From a virus, in the IMG/VR virus record IMGVR_UViG_3300003322_000100, positions 1-46,369 of that record: a DNA stretch of 46,369 nt, one strand, 5' to 3'. How positions within the stretch are numbered: the stretch's first letter is position 1; the number at the start of each line of letters is the position of its first letter. This document shows positions 33,633 to 43,158 of this stretch, piece by piece. Below the pieces are notes generated by a model. That model did no database searches. It was not told the DNA's origin and worked only from the letters and a program-made list of their open reading frames with translations. A program made the translations under genes and the position numbers.

Positions 33633-34210
33633 CAGCCCCACCCCGATCCGGACAAACCAGTAAATTCGAAGCGCCTATACAGATAAGCCGGAAATGATTT
33701 ATTAATAAGGTCTTTAAACGATGCTGTACCGGTGACGCCGGTCAGGGTCGATTTGACGCGATTTAACGTCAATCCGGACATAAGCCAACTCGGATGGGAA
33801 GTATCGGTTGACAGGAATTCTCTATAAGTCACCCCGACACTATCCCGAACCTCAACAGCTTTATCCGTATATTGGGATATAATATGCGACACATTATCAA
33901 TCATAATATCCAAATCAGGAAGTCTGTTTTGATCCTGACCCGGAAGCTTAAAATTGAAGTTACATGACTGGAACATGACCATTTCGCCGCCATTAGCGGG
34001 GGCGCCTGGCTCAAGCGTCAACATCCATCCCGTTAATGGCGGATTAACCGTATCGTCCAAAACAGTGCCATTATCCTTAACAACCCGAACCGGAGTTACG
34101 TTTCCGTGTTCATCAATAAACGACGGATGACGTAACTCCAGTGTCGGGAGGATAACAACCCGCTTTGGAACAGAAGCGTAAGCTTCTGCGATGGCAGGTT
34201 CCCAAGACAT
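33632..34210 (-). CDS. Minor tail protein (gpL-like position; DUF1833-like pattern)
   Basis: 192 aa, lying between the spike gene and the gpK-like peptidase. Call is mostly positional. Confidence 0.45.
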   Translation of the reverse strand: MSWEPAIAEAYASVPKRVVILPTLELRHPSFIDEHGNVTPVRVVKDNGTVLDDTVNPPLTGWMLTLEPGAPANGGEMVMFQSCNFNFKLPGQDQNRLPDLDIMIDNVSHIISQYTDKAVEVRDSVGVTYREFLSTDTSHPSWLMSGLTLNRVKSTLTGVTGTASFKDLINKSFPAYLYRRFEFTGLSGSGWG

Positions 34211-34212
34211 CC

Positions 34213-36612
34213 TTACAGCCCGTTAAACTCGACATAGGTGATAGTGGCGTTATTGCCCGTATCCTGGATAAGCCGTGTTCCTGCCGGCCTTTCAGTTCCG
34301 CAATCTTTATAAAGCCGAAGTTTCCAATCGGTTTGAAGATGGGTACGGCCAGATACAGCAAGCGGCACGGCTACCATGATTTCGCGGCCACCAGAAGCCT
34401 TCGGCGTCCCAATCCAACTCCCACCTTCCAATGTAAAGTCAATCAAACCGCCAGCGTATCCGCTAATAAGGACGCCATACAGCCCGTTACCGCGCGGGTC
34501 AAGACGACTATTGTTGACTACCATCTTGGCTTTCATACCGGCCGGGAAATCAACCGTAAGACCGGCGATAACTTCAACCTGGGCATTGGCACAATTCCAG
34601 ATATCGCAATTGTCGATATAAACATCGCACGATCCCGGAACGATACCGTCCTTATTACAGTCATGAATGCGGCAACGGGCGAAGAATGCTACGGATCTTG
34701 TACCGAAAGCGTCAAGGCCGTGGTCCGACTGGCCGTCACCTTGCGCCGTGTATGCCAACTCAACGTCTTCGCAGAATGTTTTCCACGGCGTATCGATCGG
34801 CAATACTCCAGTAGTATCGACACTTCGGTTAATACAGTCATTATCAACGTATTTGACGTATCCGCCCTTCATGTATAGATTGCCGTATTTCGTCTGAATA
34901 CCATTACTGCCGGCAAACTCAACCCCGCAATTGTTCAAGTAAAGCGTACCGCTGTCGAGATATACAGCTTGATCGCCGCCATATCCGAAGATGATGTTAT
35001 CGCATCGAACCTTCGGATTACCCTTCATATACAAGGCAGCTTCCGACACATTTACCTTAATATTAGCTACAGCTGGGTTTTTACTCGGCAGGCTATCCGG
35101 AAGCCTCAGATAGTGCTGCCCACCCGTCACGCGCCATGCGCCGGTTGTGATAGCCTGAATATCGACCGGCGCGGCCGTAGTAAACGGCAAATAGGTATTT
35201 GGCAGTGTATACCAAGTTGCGGTGACCGGGTTCTTCGGGATACCGATAAGATATGGATATCCGGCGCTTCCTGTATTGGCAGCGCCGGCAAGGTTCTTGT
35301 TCGGGCGAGTGTAGACATCCGTCGTCCCGGCGACAACGGAATAATCAGTTGGGCTAGTTTCCGCCGCATCGATACGCTTCATCCATGGATGGCTGTAAAG
35401 TTCCCATTCCGGATAAATGCTGCTATCCGGAACCAAAGCATCACCCGAGCAATCGCCGAGAAGGAACCCCTTGAACCGATTGAAGCCATAAAGTGCGCAT
35501 CCGGCGACTGCTGCCGCACATGTCTTGTACGGGGCAAAAGCACTGCCGTTACCATCAGCCGCGACAGTACCATCGATATAGATAATATCACCGGTAAATC
35601 CGGACTTCTGGAATTTGGTGATACGAACCGTAATGCTCGGCGCAAGGGAGAAACCGGCAACAACCCGTCCAGCCGGAAAGGCTGTATTCTGCATAACGTC
35701 GAAAAGCTTCGTGCCGTTCTTATATCCGCGTAGGTTCAGCTTTCGGCCGTTCCTAACGCGGCATTCCAGCCGAAGAAGATCGTTAGTGGCGATTGTCGCT
35801 GTGCCGCCAGTAGATGCCGGAGTGGGATCGTATGTGGCATTGCCGCCGCCGACGCTGTTGGACCCCCACAAGCCTGATCCCGCCGCCGCCATACGCCAGA
35901 TAGTCGCGTTAACCGCTCCGGCTAGGAAATCGCCTGACGTGTTCGTATCCGTCCCGATAAAAGGTCCGATATTGTTTCCCGGTGATCCTGACGTAATACG
36001 CCCTTCAAGAATGAATACATCACCCGGCACCATATCATAGCCAAGCCGAATGCCAGTAAGATACTGCGCTCCTAGACCAGCACCGGCCGCCGCCGTAAAC
36101 CCGTTAACGTCTTCGGTCTCGACCACATTGCCAGCGTAGCCGGAACCGTTGGAATGCGCTTTGGTATATCCAGTCTTAGCGACGAAATCCGCCCCTGTGG
36201 GCAGCCTAAGAATACCCGAAATCGTCGCCATAAGCGCATTAAGCGCAGTGATCGAGTTTTCAGCCGAAGTAAGCCGGGCGAGAATTCCGGCAATCTGTGA
36301 CGTTCCGGCCGCTGTCCATGATCCAGTACCAGATGCACCGGACTTGACGTATTGGTTCTGAGTATCGGCGGCGAATGCCACCGTCTGCGGCCCTGGCGTA
36401 AGATCGGCCAAAAGAGCGGCCTGCGTCAAATATCCCTTAACCGGGACAACAGCAAGAATTTGATTGATGATCTTGAGAAGGGAGGGAATTGTCGGCCCTT
36501 CGGGAACGACAATATCAATCCCCACGGTGTCAGTCAGCCACGCCTTAAAGGCGTCCATATCAAGTTCGAGGGTATCGACTTTGCCCTGCAAAATGGTCGG
36601 ATCGGAAGCCAT
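34213..36612 (-). CDS. Tail spike / fibre with a right-handed beta-helix (pectate-lyase-like) domain
   Basis: ATG 36612 (MASDPTIL...); the longer ORF start at 36639 is TTG. C-terminal part has repeated beta-helix-type turns (NCGVEFAGSNGI, HDCNKDGIVPGS, NCDIWNCANAQV). Confidence 0.6.
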   Translation of the reverse strand: MASDPTILQGKVDTLELDMDAFKAWLTDTVGIDIVVPEGPTIPSLLKIINQILAVVPVKGYLTQAALLADLTPGPQTVAFAADTQNQYVKSGASGTGSWTAAGTSQIAGILARLTSAENSITALNALMATISGILRLPTGADFVAKTGYTKAHSNGSGYAGNVVETEDVNGFTAAAGAGLGAQYLTGIRLGYDMVPGDVFILEGRITSGSPGNNIGPFIGTDTNTSGDFLAGAVNATIWRMAAAGSGLWGSNSVGGGNATYDPTPASTGGTATIATNDLLRLECRVRNGRKLNLRGYKNGTKLFDVMQNTAFPAGRVVAGFSLAPSITVRITKFQKSGFTGDIIYIDGTVAADGNGSAFAPYKTCAAAVAGCALYGFNRFKGFLLGDCSGDALVPDSSIYPEWELYSHPWMKRIDAAETSPTDYSVVAGTTDVYTRPNKNLAGAANTGSAGYPYLIGIPKNPVTATWYTLPNTYLPFTTAAPVDIQAITTGAWRVTGGQHYLRLPDSLPSKNPAVANIKVNVSEAALYMKGNPKVRCDNIIFGYGGDQAVYLDSGTLYLNNCGVEFAGSNGIQTKYGNLYMKGGYVKYVDNDCINRSVDTTGVLPIDTPWKTFCEDVELAYTAQGDGQSDHGLDAFGTRSVAFFARCRIHDCNKDGIVPGSCDVYIDNCDIWNCANAQVEVIAGLTVDFPAGMKAKMVVNNSRLDPRGNGLYGVLISGYAGGLIDFTLEGGSWIGTPKASGGREIMVAVPLAVSGRTHLQTDWKLRLYKDCGTERPAGTRLIQDTGNNATITYVEFNGL

Positions 36613-36625
36613 AGTTTTCCCCTGT

Positions 36626-37114
36626 TCAGTAGTCGGCAAAAGCTGCCGGCATGTCCACGTTTACGATTTTGTGTAGCTTGTCGGAAACGTAAATAACCCA
36701 ATCGGCGCCATATTCGCCGATTAGCCATGCCGCCCCCGGATCAAGTGTCTGTAGGTTTCGTATCTGAATTTTAGCAGATACGCGAGTATCCTCGGAACCT
36801 GTTGCCGATGCCTTATAATCCTCTATGAACTGAACAGATGCGCTAGCATATGAACTTCCTGTCCATACCATTAGCGTAAACCATTTTGTCCCGTTTTCCA
36901 GAGTATACTTAAAGAAGGATTTAAATAGTTCAAACTCCAATGGCACAAAATACCAATTAAATGTCTGGATAACCGGTATATTAGTAAACCGATTTCGCGA
37001 TAAAATCGGACCTTGATCCATCTGAGTCCGACTTACACCTGTATTTGGGTCGAATTCGAGCGTATTTTGCTCCGGTTCATAATGAATTTGCGGCGGAAAA
37101 GATGGAAGTGTCAT
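36626..37114 (-). CDS. Distal/minor tail protein candidate
   Basis: 162 aa immediately after the tape measure gene (ATGA overlap). Positional call. Confidence 0.4.
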   Translation of the reverse strand: MTLPSFPPQIHYEPEQNTLEFDPNTGVSRTQMDQGPILSRNRFTNIPVIQTFNWYFVPLEFELFKSFFKYTLENGTKWFTLMVWTGSSYASASVQFIEDYKASATGSEDTRVSAKIQIRNLQTLDPGAAWLIGEYGADWVIYVSDKLHKIVNVDMPAAFADY

Positions 37115-40100
37115 GATCTATTACCCGCCGCTTGGTTAATCGCAAATCGTCCCGAAGTGGCGTTAGCAATAGGAGTACCGCCCTTTGCCATATCATTCGC
37201 CAATTCGTTCTTTGTCCGCTTAACGATCAAGTCAATCGCCCATGTTCCATCGGGTTGCCGCTGTTGCTGGCCCGGCTCAACCGATACACCATTGGCCCCG
37301 CTGTTGTCGATATTGATAGACACAGGCGGCCCGCTGATGACGGCGGTAGCAGACGCAGCTTGCCGCATCTGCTGTGCGGGTGTCTCGACCGTCACGCGCT
37401 CCCCACGGGTGGCGCTGAACGCCACAGGCGTCTTGTCAGTGCCTCCGCCGCCCCCGACGATGAAACTACCGCCTCCAGCGAAGCCTAGGCCGCTGGACAG
37501 CCAATCCCAGGCGCTAGAAAGGATTGACCCGATCCCGCCGCCGCCACTCGACCCGCTGGCCGGATCGTTATAGAAGCTGGTAGGAACCGAATTGCCGAGT
37601 TGATCGGTGAACCCGCTTCCGCCGCTCGGCCCGATACCGAGCGACTGTAGCAGCGGCGCGATGATCTTATATTGGATAACCAGCCGTGCTATATCTCCGA
37701 TAATAGCGGAAGTAAAGTCAGCACTTTCCAGCTTACCCGTACTAAAGAATTCCGTAAGTGCATCACCCGCCGTATTAACGGCGCCGACAAGGCTATTTCC
37801 AACGGCGTCAGCCAGCGTTCCCGTATTCTGCTGAATACGGAGAAAACCTAGTTCGATGCCGTCCATAGCATCGTCCGATTGCTCTAGGACGGCGATACGC
37901 GCCTCTCCTACAGCCTTTGACCATTGTTTCTGATTAATAACGCCGTCTTGCAGAAGTTTATTTGCCGCTGCCAAAGTAGCATTATAGTTTTCCTGTGCTC
38001 CCGCTGTTTCGTTATAGATAGCATCAAGCCGTTCCTGAATACGGCTTTGTTCAACTATAAGCGCAATCTTATCCTTGATGCCTTCTTTTTCCGTAGCATC
38101 AAGAGTTATCTTCTTCTGGAGAAGACTATTTTCAATATCGTCGTATTTTTGCTGCTTTTCTCTTTCCGGCCCGATCATGCCGAAAAGCTTCAATTGGGCA
38201 TCAAGTTCTCTATTGACCTTTGCAAGCGCATCGGCCCGCTTTTCTGCCGTCTTGTCTTCTTTCGGTTTTGCCGTTGTCGGCACGATAGTATCGCCGCCGC
38301 CCGGCAATCTATCCATGCCGGGGATAGCGGGATAAGCGCTTGAGCCGGTCGGAATAATTGGCGCGTTGTCGTTTGCGCCGGCATCAGGGCGATTGGGGAT
38401 GCCCCCGCCATTATTTCCAGAAAATAGCGCCCGCTGGGCAGCAATCATCCGATTGTCGTTTAGTGTCTGCCGTCTATCGGCCATCGGATCATCTGCCGAA
38501 GCCGGAAGCGTTCCAATTGGACGATTATTATCTTTTGCCCAATCGGCTAGCACCTGGAAAAGGCTTCGCCCGCCAGCGGCTCCGGCATGACCTGTCATAA
38601 GCGCCGCTAGCTGTTGGTCACTCGCTGAACCCGCTGTTTGCCCAAACAATGCCTTATTGAAATCTTCCGAAGACATAGTCGGAATATCACTAAAGAGCGT
38701 AAATAATGCGCCCTTTACTTCTGTTATGACGTTACCGGCATTGGTCCTGAACTTTTGCCAACCTTCATCCCAAGCCTTATCAAAATCCGCCGCTCTTTGC
38801 ACAAGTTCTTTATCAATTGTCGTACCACTATCCTTGGCGGCCTGTTCCGCGTTCTTAAGCGCAGTCGGACCTTTTTCAAGAACCTTAATCCAATCGTCCG
38901 AAAGCCCAAGAATATGCGCGATAGAAACTTTATCGAATTCACTACCGGCATTAGCAATAAGCCGCGAAGCGTCCAACAAAAGGACGTTAATATCCTTAAG
39001 TTTGCCGTTTTGGTCCTTAAGACTAAGTCCATTTGACTTCCAAAGGCGGGCAAACTGACTATCGGCATTACGTGCAGCGTCCGCCGCCGCTACACCGAAA
39101 TCACGAACATCTGTCTTGAGGTTGTCGAAACCTAGCTGCCCATTGGATAGCTGCGTCAGGGCGCGGCCGAGTTCCTGAACGGCATCTGTATTGGTCCCAA
39201 GCCGCTTTGCTGTTTCAGCAACATCGCGCATATCCGATGCGAACGATTTTGCAGCCAGACCGGCACCAACAACAGCCGCCGTAATGACAGTAAATGGGTT
39301 GACAAATCGAAGCAATATCGCCCCGATATCCTTAAATGCGTTGAGAACGCTTTCTCCGCGTCCGCCATAAATTGACTGTATCTGTGATCCCTGCTGCAAA
39401 AGGACGAGAAACGGATTTTGTCCTCCCGCCAGACTGACAAAGATATCCTGAACCTGATATCCGAGATTAATCATCTCATGATTGGCCAGCCGGGTATTTC
39501 GCCCGAGCCGGTCAACATTGTCCGCCGCTTGCCCAATGGGGCGAGGATCGATGCCAGGACCGCCCGTGAAGCCTGGGCGCCGGGCGCCGCTGCTGCCAAG
39601 GCCGCCGCCTTGTGTGATCGATCGCGCCGCCGCAGCGGCCGACGCAGCCGCTTCCGCAGCCTTCCGGGCTTCTGCGTCGGCCGCGCGCTGGGCTGCGGCT
39701 GCCTGCCTGTCATTCGCCGCCGTAAGACGAACTGTCGCCAATTCAGCCTGCGTCTCGGCGCGAACGGCATTATTAAGGGCGGTTTCGACCTTAAGGTAAG
39801 ATATGGCTTGATCGTCAACAGTACGTGCCAATTCAGCGGACGCGATTTTGGCCCGTGTCTCTGAACGAACGGCGTCATTCAGCGCCTGTTCAACCTTCAA
39901 ATAAGATATCTGAACTTCGTTATTTGAAATGGTTATTTTATTCTTCGCAATAGCCAAATCAGCGGATGCTTTAGCGGCTCGCGCTTCCTGGACAATAGCG
40001 GCGTTAAGAGCGTTTTCTTGCTTAAGATACGCTGCCGTTTCTTTTTCAAGGGACAGCGTAACCTTATCGTGGGCAGCAGCCGCTTGCGAAAGCGAATTTG

Positions 40101-40260
40101 TATTAGCGCCTTTCCCCAGGATTTTATTTAGAGCGTCTACATCGCGACCGGCTGATTTCGCCGCCGCCCCAATACCCAAAATATGAGCTTCGGCAACACT
40201 AGCGCCTTTGTCAGTAATGACGATATTGATTTGCTGCGTTCTTACCGCATTATCAGTCAT
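37111..40260 (-). CDS. Tape measure protein
   Basis: 1049 aa, Ala/Gly-rich and helical, with N-terminal tandem repeats. Lies downstream of the G/GT chaperone pair. Confidence 0.85.
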   Translation of the reverse strand: MTDNAVRTQQINIVITDKGASVAEAHILGIGAAAKSAGRDVDALNKILGKGANTNSLSQAAAAHDKVTLSLEKETAAYLKQENALNAAIVQEARAAKASADLAIAKNKITISNNEVQISYLKVEQALNDAVRSETRAKIASAELARTVDDQAISYLKVETALNNAVRAETQAELATVRLTAANDRQAAAAQRAADAEARKAAEAAASAAAAARSITQGGGLGSSGARRPGFTGGPGIDPRPIGQAADNVDRLGRNTRLANHEMINLGYQVQDIFVSLAGGQNPFLVLLQQGSQIQSIYGGRGESVLNAFKDIGAILLRFVNPFTVITAAVVGAGLAAKSFASDMRDVAETAKRLGTNTDAVQELGRALTQLSNGQLGFDNLKTDVRDFGVAAADAARNADSQFARLWKSNGLSLKDQNGKLKDINVLLLDASRLIANAGSEFDKVSIAHILGLSDDWIKVLEKGPTALKNAEQAAKDSGTTIDKELVQRAADFDKAWDEGWQKFRTNAGNVITEVKGALFTLFSDIPTMSSEDFNKALFGQTAGSASDQQLAALMTGHAGAAGGRSLFQVLADWAKDNNRPIGTLPASADDPMADRRQTLNDNRMIAAQRALFSGNNGGGIPNRPDAGANDNAPIIPTGSSAYPAIPGMDRLPGGGDTIVPTTAKPKEDKTAEKRADALAKVNRELDAQLKLFGMIGPEREKQQKYDDIENSLLQKKITLDATEKEGIKDKIALIVEQSRIQERLDAIYNETAGAQENYNATLAAANKLLQDGVINQKQWSKAVGEARIAVLEQSDDAMDGIELGFLRIQQNTGTLADAVGNSLVGAVNTAGDALTEFFSTGKLESADFTSAIIGDIARLVIQYKIIAPLLQSLGIGPSGGSGFTDQLGNSVPTSFYNDPASGSSGGGGIGSILSSAWDWLSSGLGFAGGGSFIVGGGGGTDKTPVAFSATRGERVTVETPAQQMRQAASATAVISGPPVSINIDNSGANGVSVEPGQQQRQPDGTWAIDLIVKRTKNELANDMAKGGTPIANATSGRFAINQAAGNRS

Positions 40261-40703
40261 TACTTAGCCGCCTTTACCAGACCATTTCGACTGACGAAGC
40301 TTTCCCCCAATAATACCGCTCTATCTACAAAGTGAGCGGGCGCTTGGGCTGATGATCCGTCATCCAGGTTGATAATATACGGCACTTCGTTGACAATGAA
40401 AACACTTTCTCCCGGCTCGGCGGCGCCAATATAGATCAATCCTACTTCTATCGCTATTTCCTCTGAAGCGGCTTCCGTTGATCCGAATGATCCCGGTACA
40501 TATGCCGTAATTGGGCCGATAGGTATACCTCCAATACCCACCTGCCAATTGGAAAGAGCGGTGGAGATATCAACCGGTGTTACCTCCACCAAATCCCTAT
40601 GAACTATCTTAGATACTTCTTTCTTTGTCTGATTAGCGTCTTCCGGAATACTGTGAGCATAGTCAATAATCCAATCACCAAATTCCGAAAGACTAGCCAT
40701 CAT
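40260..40703 (-). CDS. Hypothetical tail-module protein between the chaperones and the tape measure gene
   Basis: 147 aa ORF with overlaps at both ends (ATGA, TAATG). Function not recognised. Confidence 0.6.
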   Translation of the reverse strand: MMASLSEFGDWIIDYAHSIPEDANQTKKEVSKIVHRDLVEVTPVDISTALSNWQVGIGGIPIGPITAYVPGSFGSTEAASEEIAIEVGLIYIGAAEPGESVFIVNEVPYIINLDDGSSAQAPAHFVDRAVLLGESFVSRNGLVKAAK

Positions 40704-41505
40704 CGTCTCCTATTCTTAACCGAAACAGCCCGTGCCGCCTCGGCGCGTTGTCTTTCCTTCTCCGCTTCTTCTGCCTTTCTTGCTCTATAGGCGGCATCCA
40801 TCTTTTTTATATGGGAGACGAATATATCCTTATGCCATTTTTGTAATTCATATTCCCTGGCATAGTCTATAATCGCCGTCCAAGGTATCGGACCTAAACC
40901 CATACCAACTTCACGGCAGGTATCTAAGTCAAACCAAGCGTCAAGATAAAAGACCAAGCGACGCGGTAACCGCTCAACACTTGATACCGCGTCGCTTCCT
41001 TTCATCTTTCGGCGCTTAAGTGTCTTCTGCGCCTTCTGGTTTTCTGCTGAACCGTAGGATATTTCGGCTAGAAGGCGCGTTATTAGTTTTTTTCGTCTTC
41101 CTTAACCTGTGCCGGCGACGGCCGATCCTTGTAGTTTTCCCAGGTATTGGCGAAAATCACCCATTCCCGGTACATATGCGGAAGATCGGCCAGAAGGCCG
41201 CAAATCTGGTCCACGTCCACACCAGAAAAAGGCGCCTTTGCATCCGGAATATTCCGAATATCGGTAACAGCGGCGCGGACGAAAACCCGAATTGCCTTCG
41301 GATGCATACGATCGTCTACTTCATCGTCCGGAAGACCAGCAAATTCTTCTGCACGAATGGCTTTAAGCCGGGTCTCATTCGCGCCGCCGAGATATGCCAG
41401 CTTGACAGCCGGAGTTTCCGCATCGGACTTTTTTCCGTGATAAAGCCAACGGCCTTCTTTTTCATCCACGGCCGAAGTCTTGAACAGATCATAAACGCTC
41501 GCCAT
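40700..41505 (-). CDS. Tail assembly chaperone -1 frameshift fusion product (GT-like, about 267 aa)
   Basis: Frame of 41083..41505 (codon starts are 0 mod 3) shifts -1 at A_AAA_AAC into the frame of 40700..41005 (1 mod 3). All 27 codons between the slip site and ATG 41005 are sense codons. Confidence 0.65.
41029..41078 (-). promoter_or_regulatory. Candidate frameshift-stimulating stem (GCGCCTTCT ... AGAAGGCGC)
   Basis: Perfect 9-bp inverted repeat (41070-41078 and 41029-41037) beginning 7 nt after the slippery heptamer. Confidence 0.5.
41083..41505 (-). CDS. Tail assembly chaperone (G-like, zero-frame product)
   Basis: 140 aa acidic ORF between the major tail and tape measure genes. Ends GAA AAA AAC TAA. 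Confidence 0.7.
   Translation of the reverse strand: MASVYDLFKTSAVDEKEGRWLYHGKKSDAETPAVKLAYLGGANETRLKAIRAEEFAGLPDDEVDDRMHPKAIRVFVRAAVTDIRNIPDAKAPFSGVDVDQICGLLADLPHMYREWVIFANTWENYKDRPSPAQVKEDEKN
41086..41092 (-). promoter_or_regulatory. -1 programmed ribosomal frameshift slippery heptamer A_AAA_AAC
   Basis: Seven A then C on the minus strand, in the X_XXY_YYZ phase relative to the zero frame, one codon before the stop. Confidence 0.7.
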
Positions 41506-41517
41506 TTCTTGTTTCCT

Positions 41518-41553
41518 TCAAAAGAATGGGGAGCGACGGGATTGCCGCTCCCC
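41518..41553 (-). terminator. Intrinsic terminator/attenuator after the major tail gene
   Basis: Minus-strand GGGGAGCG-10 nt loop-CGCTCCCC followed by ATTCTTTTG. Confidence 0.55.
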
Positions 41554-41573
41554 AAGTCTACCGGACGCCGCGT

Positions 41574-43145
41574 TTACTCCACGTCCGGAGTGGGCATTCC
41601 GATATCCGGGATGTATCGGAAGAAAGTCACGCTCGCCGTAGTTCCGAATTCGCTTTCGAAACCATCATTGGCCAGATTGAGCATGACAGACTGGTCTTTG
41701 ACGACTTCCAAGTCGCCGCCGCCGAGCGTAAGCGCCGGAATATCGAAAGCAACCGCCGTGTTGTTGGCGGCAAAGATGCTATCGAAGGTGAAAGTCGTAT
41801 TATTCGGGATTTCCACCATGGCGGCGACATTCGTAAAGTAGGTATTTGCCGTCATACCGACCTGGAAATCGCCCCGGTTCATATCGAACGGCCCGAGAAT
41901 TCCCTGTCCCTTGTTCGGCGTGATATTGTTGCCGAAAGTCATCGTGAAGTTATTCACGATCCCAATAACGCTAGTGGGATTGAGAATTCCATTGGCCGGA
42001 GTAAGCTGGACGCGAACTTCGTCCGTCGTTGTATTGTACGCATATTCTTCGAAAGGCGCATCCACGTGATTGCCGCCGCGAAGGCCCTGCGCTCCCGTCC
42101 GCGTAGTCCGGTTGCACGCCACAAATCCAAGATCGATTGTGACGATATTTGCCAACGGCGCATTAACCGCAACCGTGTTGATAACGCCACCGTCGATATA
42201 CTGCGATTGAACGCCAGCACCATCGTTGCCAAGCGTCATTTCGCCCGAATATGTCCGCCGAACGAAATTATTTTCGTCCGGTTCATCCCGAACATGCCAG
42301 CCGAAGTAAAGTTCGATCGTCTTTCCGGTTCCGGCACCCGCCGCAGCGACGAAATCCGTTTTATCCAGGGTGATAACCTGTCCGACAATCGACTTGATCC
42401 GAGCAAAGCCGACCAACGCATCCGAGAACCGACTTGCCGCCGCGTCACCGCCGACGAAGATCCACTCGCCCGGCAGACGCGAGGCGACGATCGGCGGTAG
42501 GGCCGCGCCGGCCGTCAGAACGCAGCCGGCAGCCGTCACACTCATGACCAGCCCGCCAGAGCCGAAGCGATGCCCCACGACTTCCAGGGCGGCGCCAACG
42601 GGCGGCGACGGTTCATCGGTGATACCGGCCAGCCCGGAGACGACAACGGTCCCGGCGGTAGACGACGCCACGACGGACAGCCCATTGTTGCCGGCCACGG
42701 TAAAGCCGGAAGATCGGACCAGATTTCCTGCGGCAAATACGCCAAGTCCGGAAGCCGCCGTGAAAGTGTTCGTGTCGGCATCCACGCCGGTAATCGCGAT
42801 ATTCGGCGCGTTCAGCGGATCAGTTGTCGCCAGACCATGGATATTGGCGAAAAAAGCGCCCTGCGAAACCCACGTAAAACTTGTGGGCGTAAGGTCGATA
42901 TTGATGCCGAAATTGGCGTCACGATCCGTAATATTGCCTTTCTTCCGCTTATGCTTGCGGGAAATCGGCTGACGCGCGACCCGTGTATAGGTAGCGCCGG
43001 GAGGCGGATTATACGAATTGACATCTTGGCCATGCCAGATGACATCCGTATAGATACCACTCTGCCGAAGTTCATTGATGCATTCTTCTTCGGCCAGCGA
43101 AAAGCCGGTATCGTTGCTGTCGATTTTCTTGATCGCGCATACCAT
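41574..43145 (-). CDS. Major tail protein candidate
   Basis: 523 aa, lying between the tail-terminator-like gene and the chaperones. Followed by an attenuator hairpin. Positional call. Confidence 0.5.
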   Translation of the reverse strand: MVCAIKKIDSNDTGFSLAEEECINELRQSGIYTDVIWHGQDVNSYNPPPGATYTRVARQPISRKHKRKKGNITDRDANFGINIDLTPTSFTWVSQGAFFANIHGLATTDPLNAPNIAITGVDADTNTFTAASGLGVFAAGNLVRSSGFTVAGNNGLSVVASSTAGTVVVSGLAGITDEPSPPVGAALEVVGHRFGSGGLVMSVTAAGCVLTAGAALPPIVASRLPGEWIFVGGDAAASRFSDALVGFARIKSIVGQVITLDKTDFVAAAGAGTGKTIELYFGWHVRDEPDENNFVRRTYSGEMTLGNDGAGVQSQYIDGGVINTVAVNAPLANIVTIDLGFVACNRTTRTGAQGLRGGNHVDAPFEEYAYNTTTDEVRVQLTPANGILNPTSVIGIVNNFTMTFGNNITPNKGQGILGPFDMNRGDFQVGMTANTYFTNVAAMVEIPNNTTFTFDSIFAANNTAVAFDIPALTLGGGDLEVVKDQSVMLNLANDGFESEFGTTASVTFFRYIPDIGMPTPDVE

Positions 43146-43158
43146 GATTTAGGCTCCC

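Noticed and set aside
34165-35733. Plus-strand ORFs 34165..34878 and 34969..35733 antisense to the tail spike gene
   Set aside because: Same reasoning. There are no promoter or RBS features, and the sense frame encodes recognisable beta-helix repeats.
41020-42500. Long plus-strand ORFs (41020..41841, 273 aa; 41526..42500, 324 aa) antisense to the chaperone and major tail genes
   Set aside because: The sequences are Arg/Ile/Asp-rich and have no start context. They lie opposite a continuous, tightly coupled minus-strand structural operon, so they are most simply stop-poor antisense frames.
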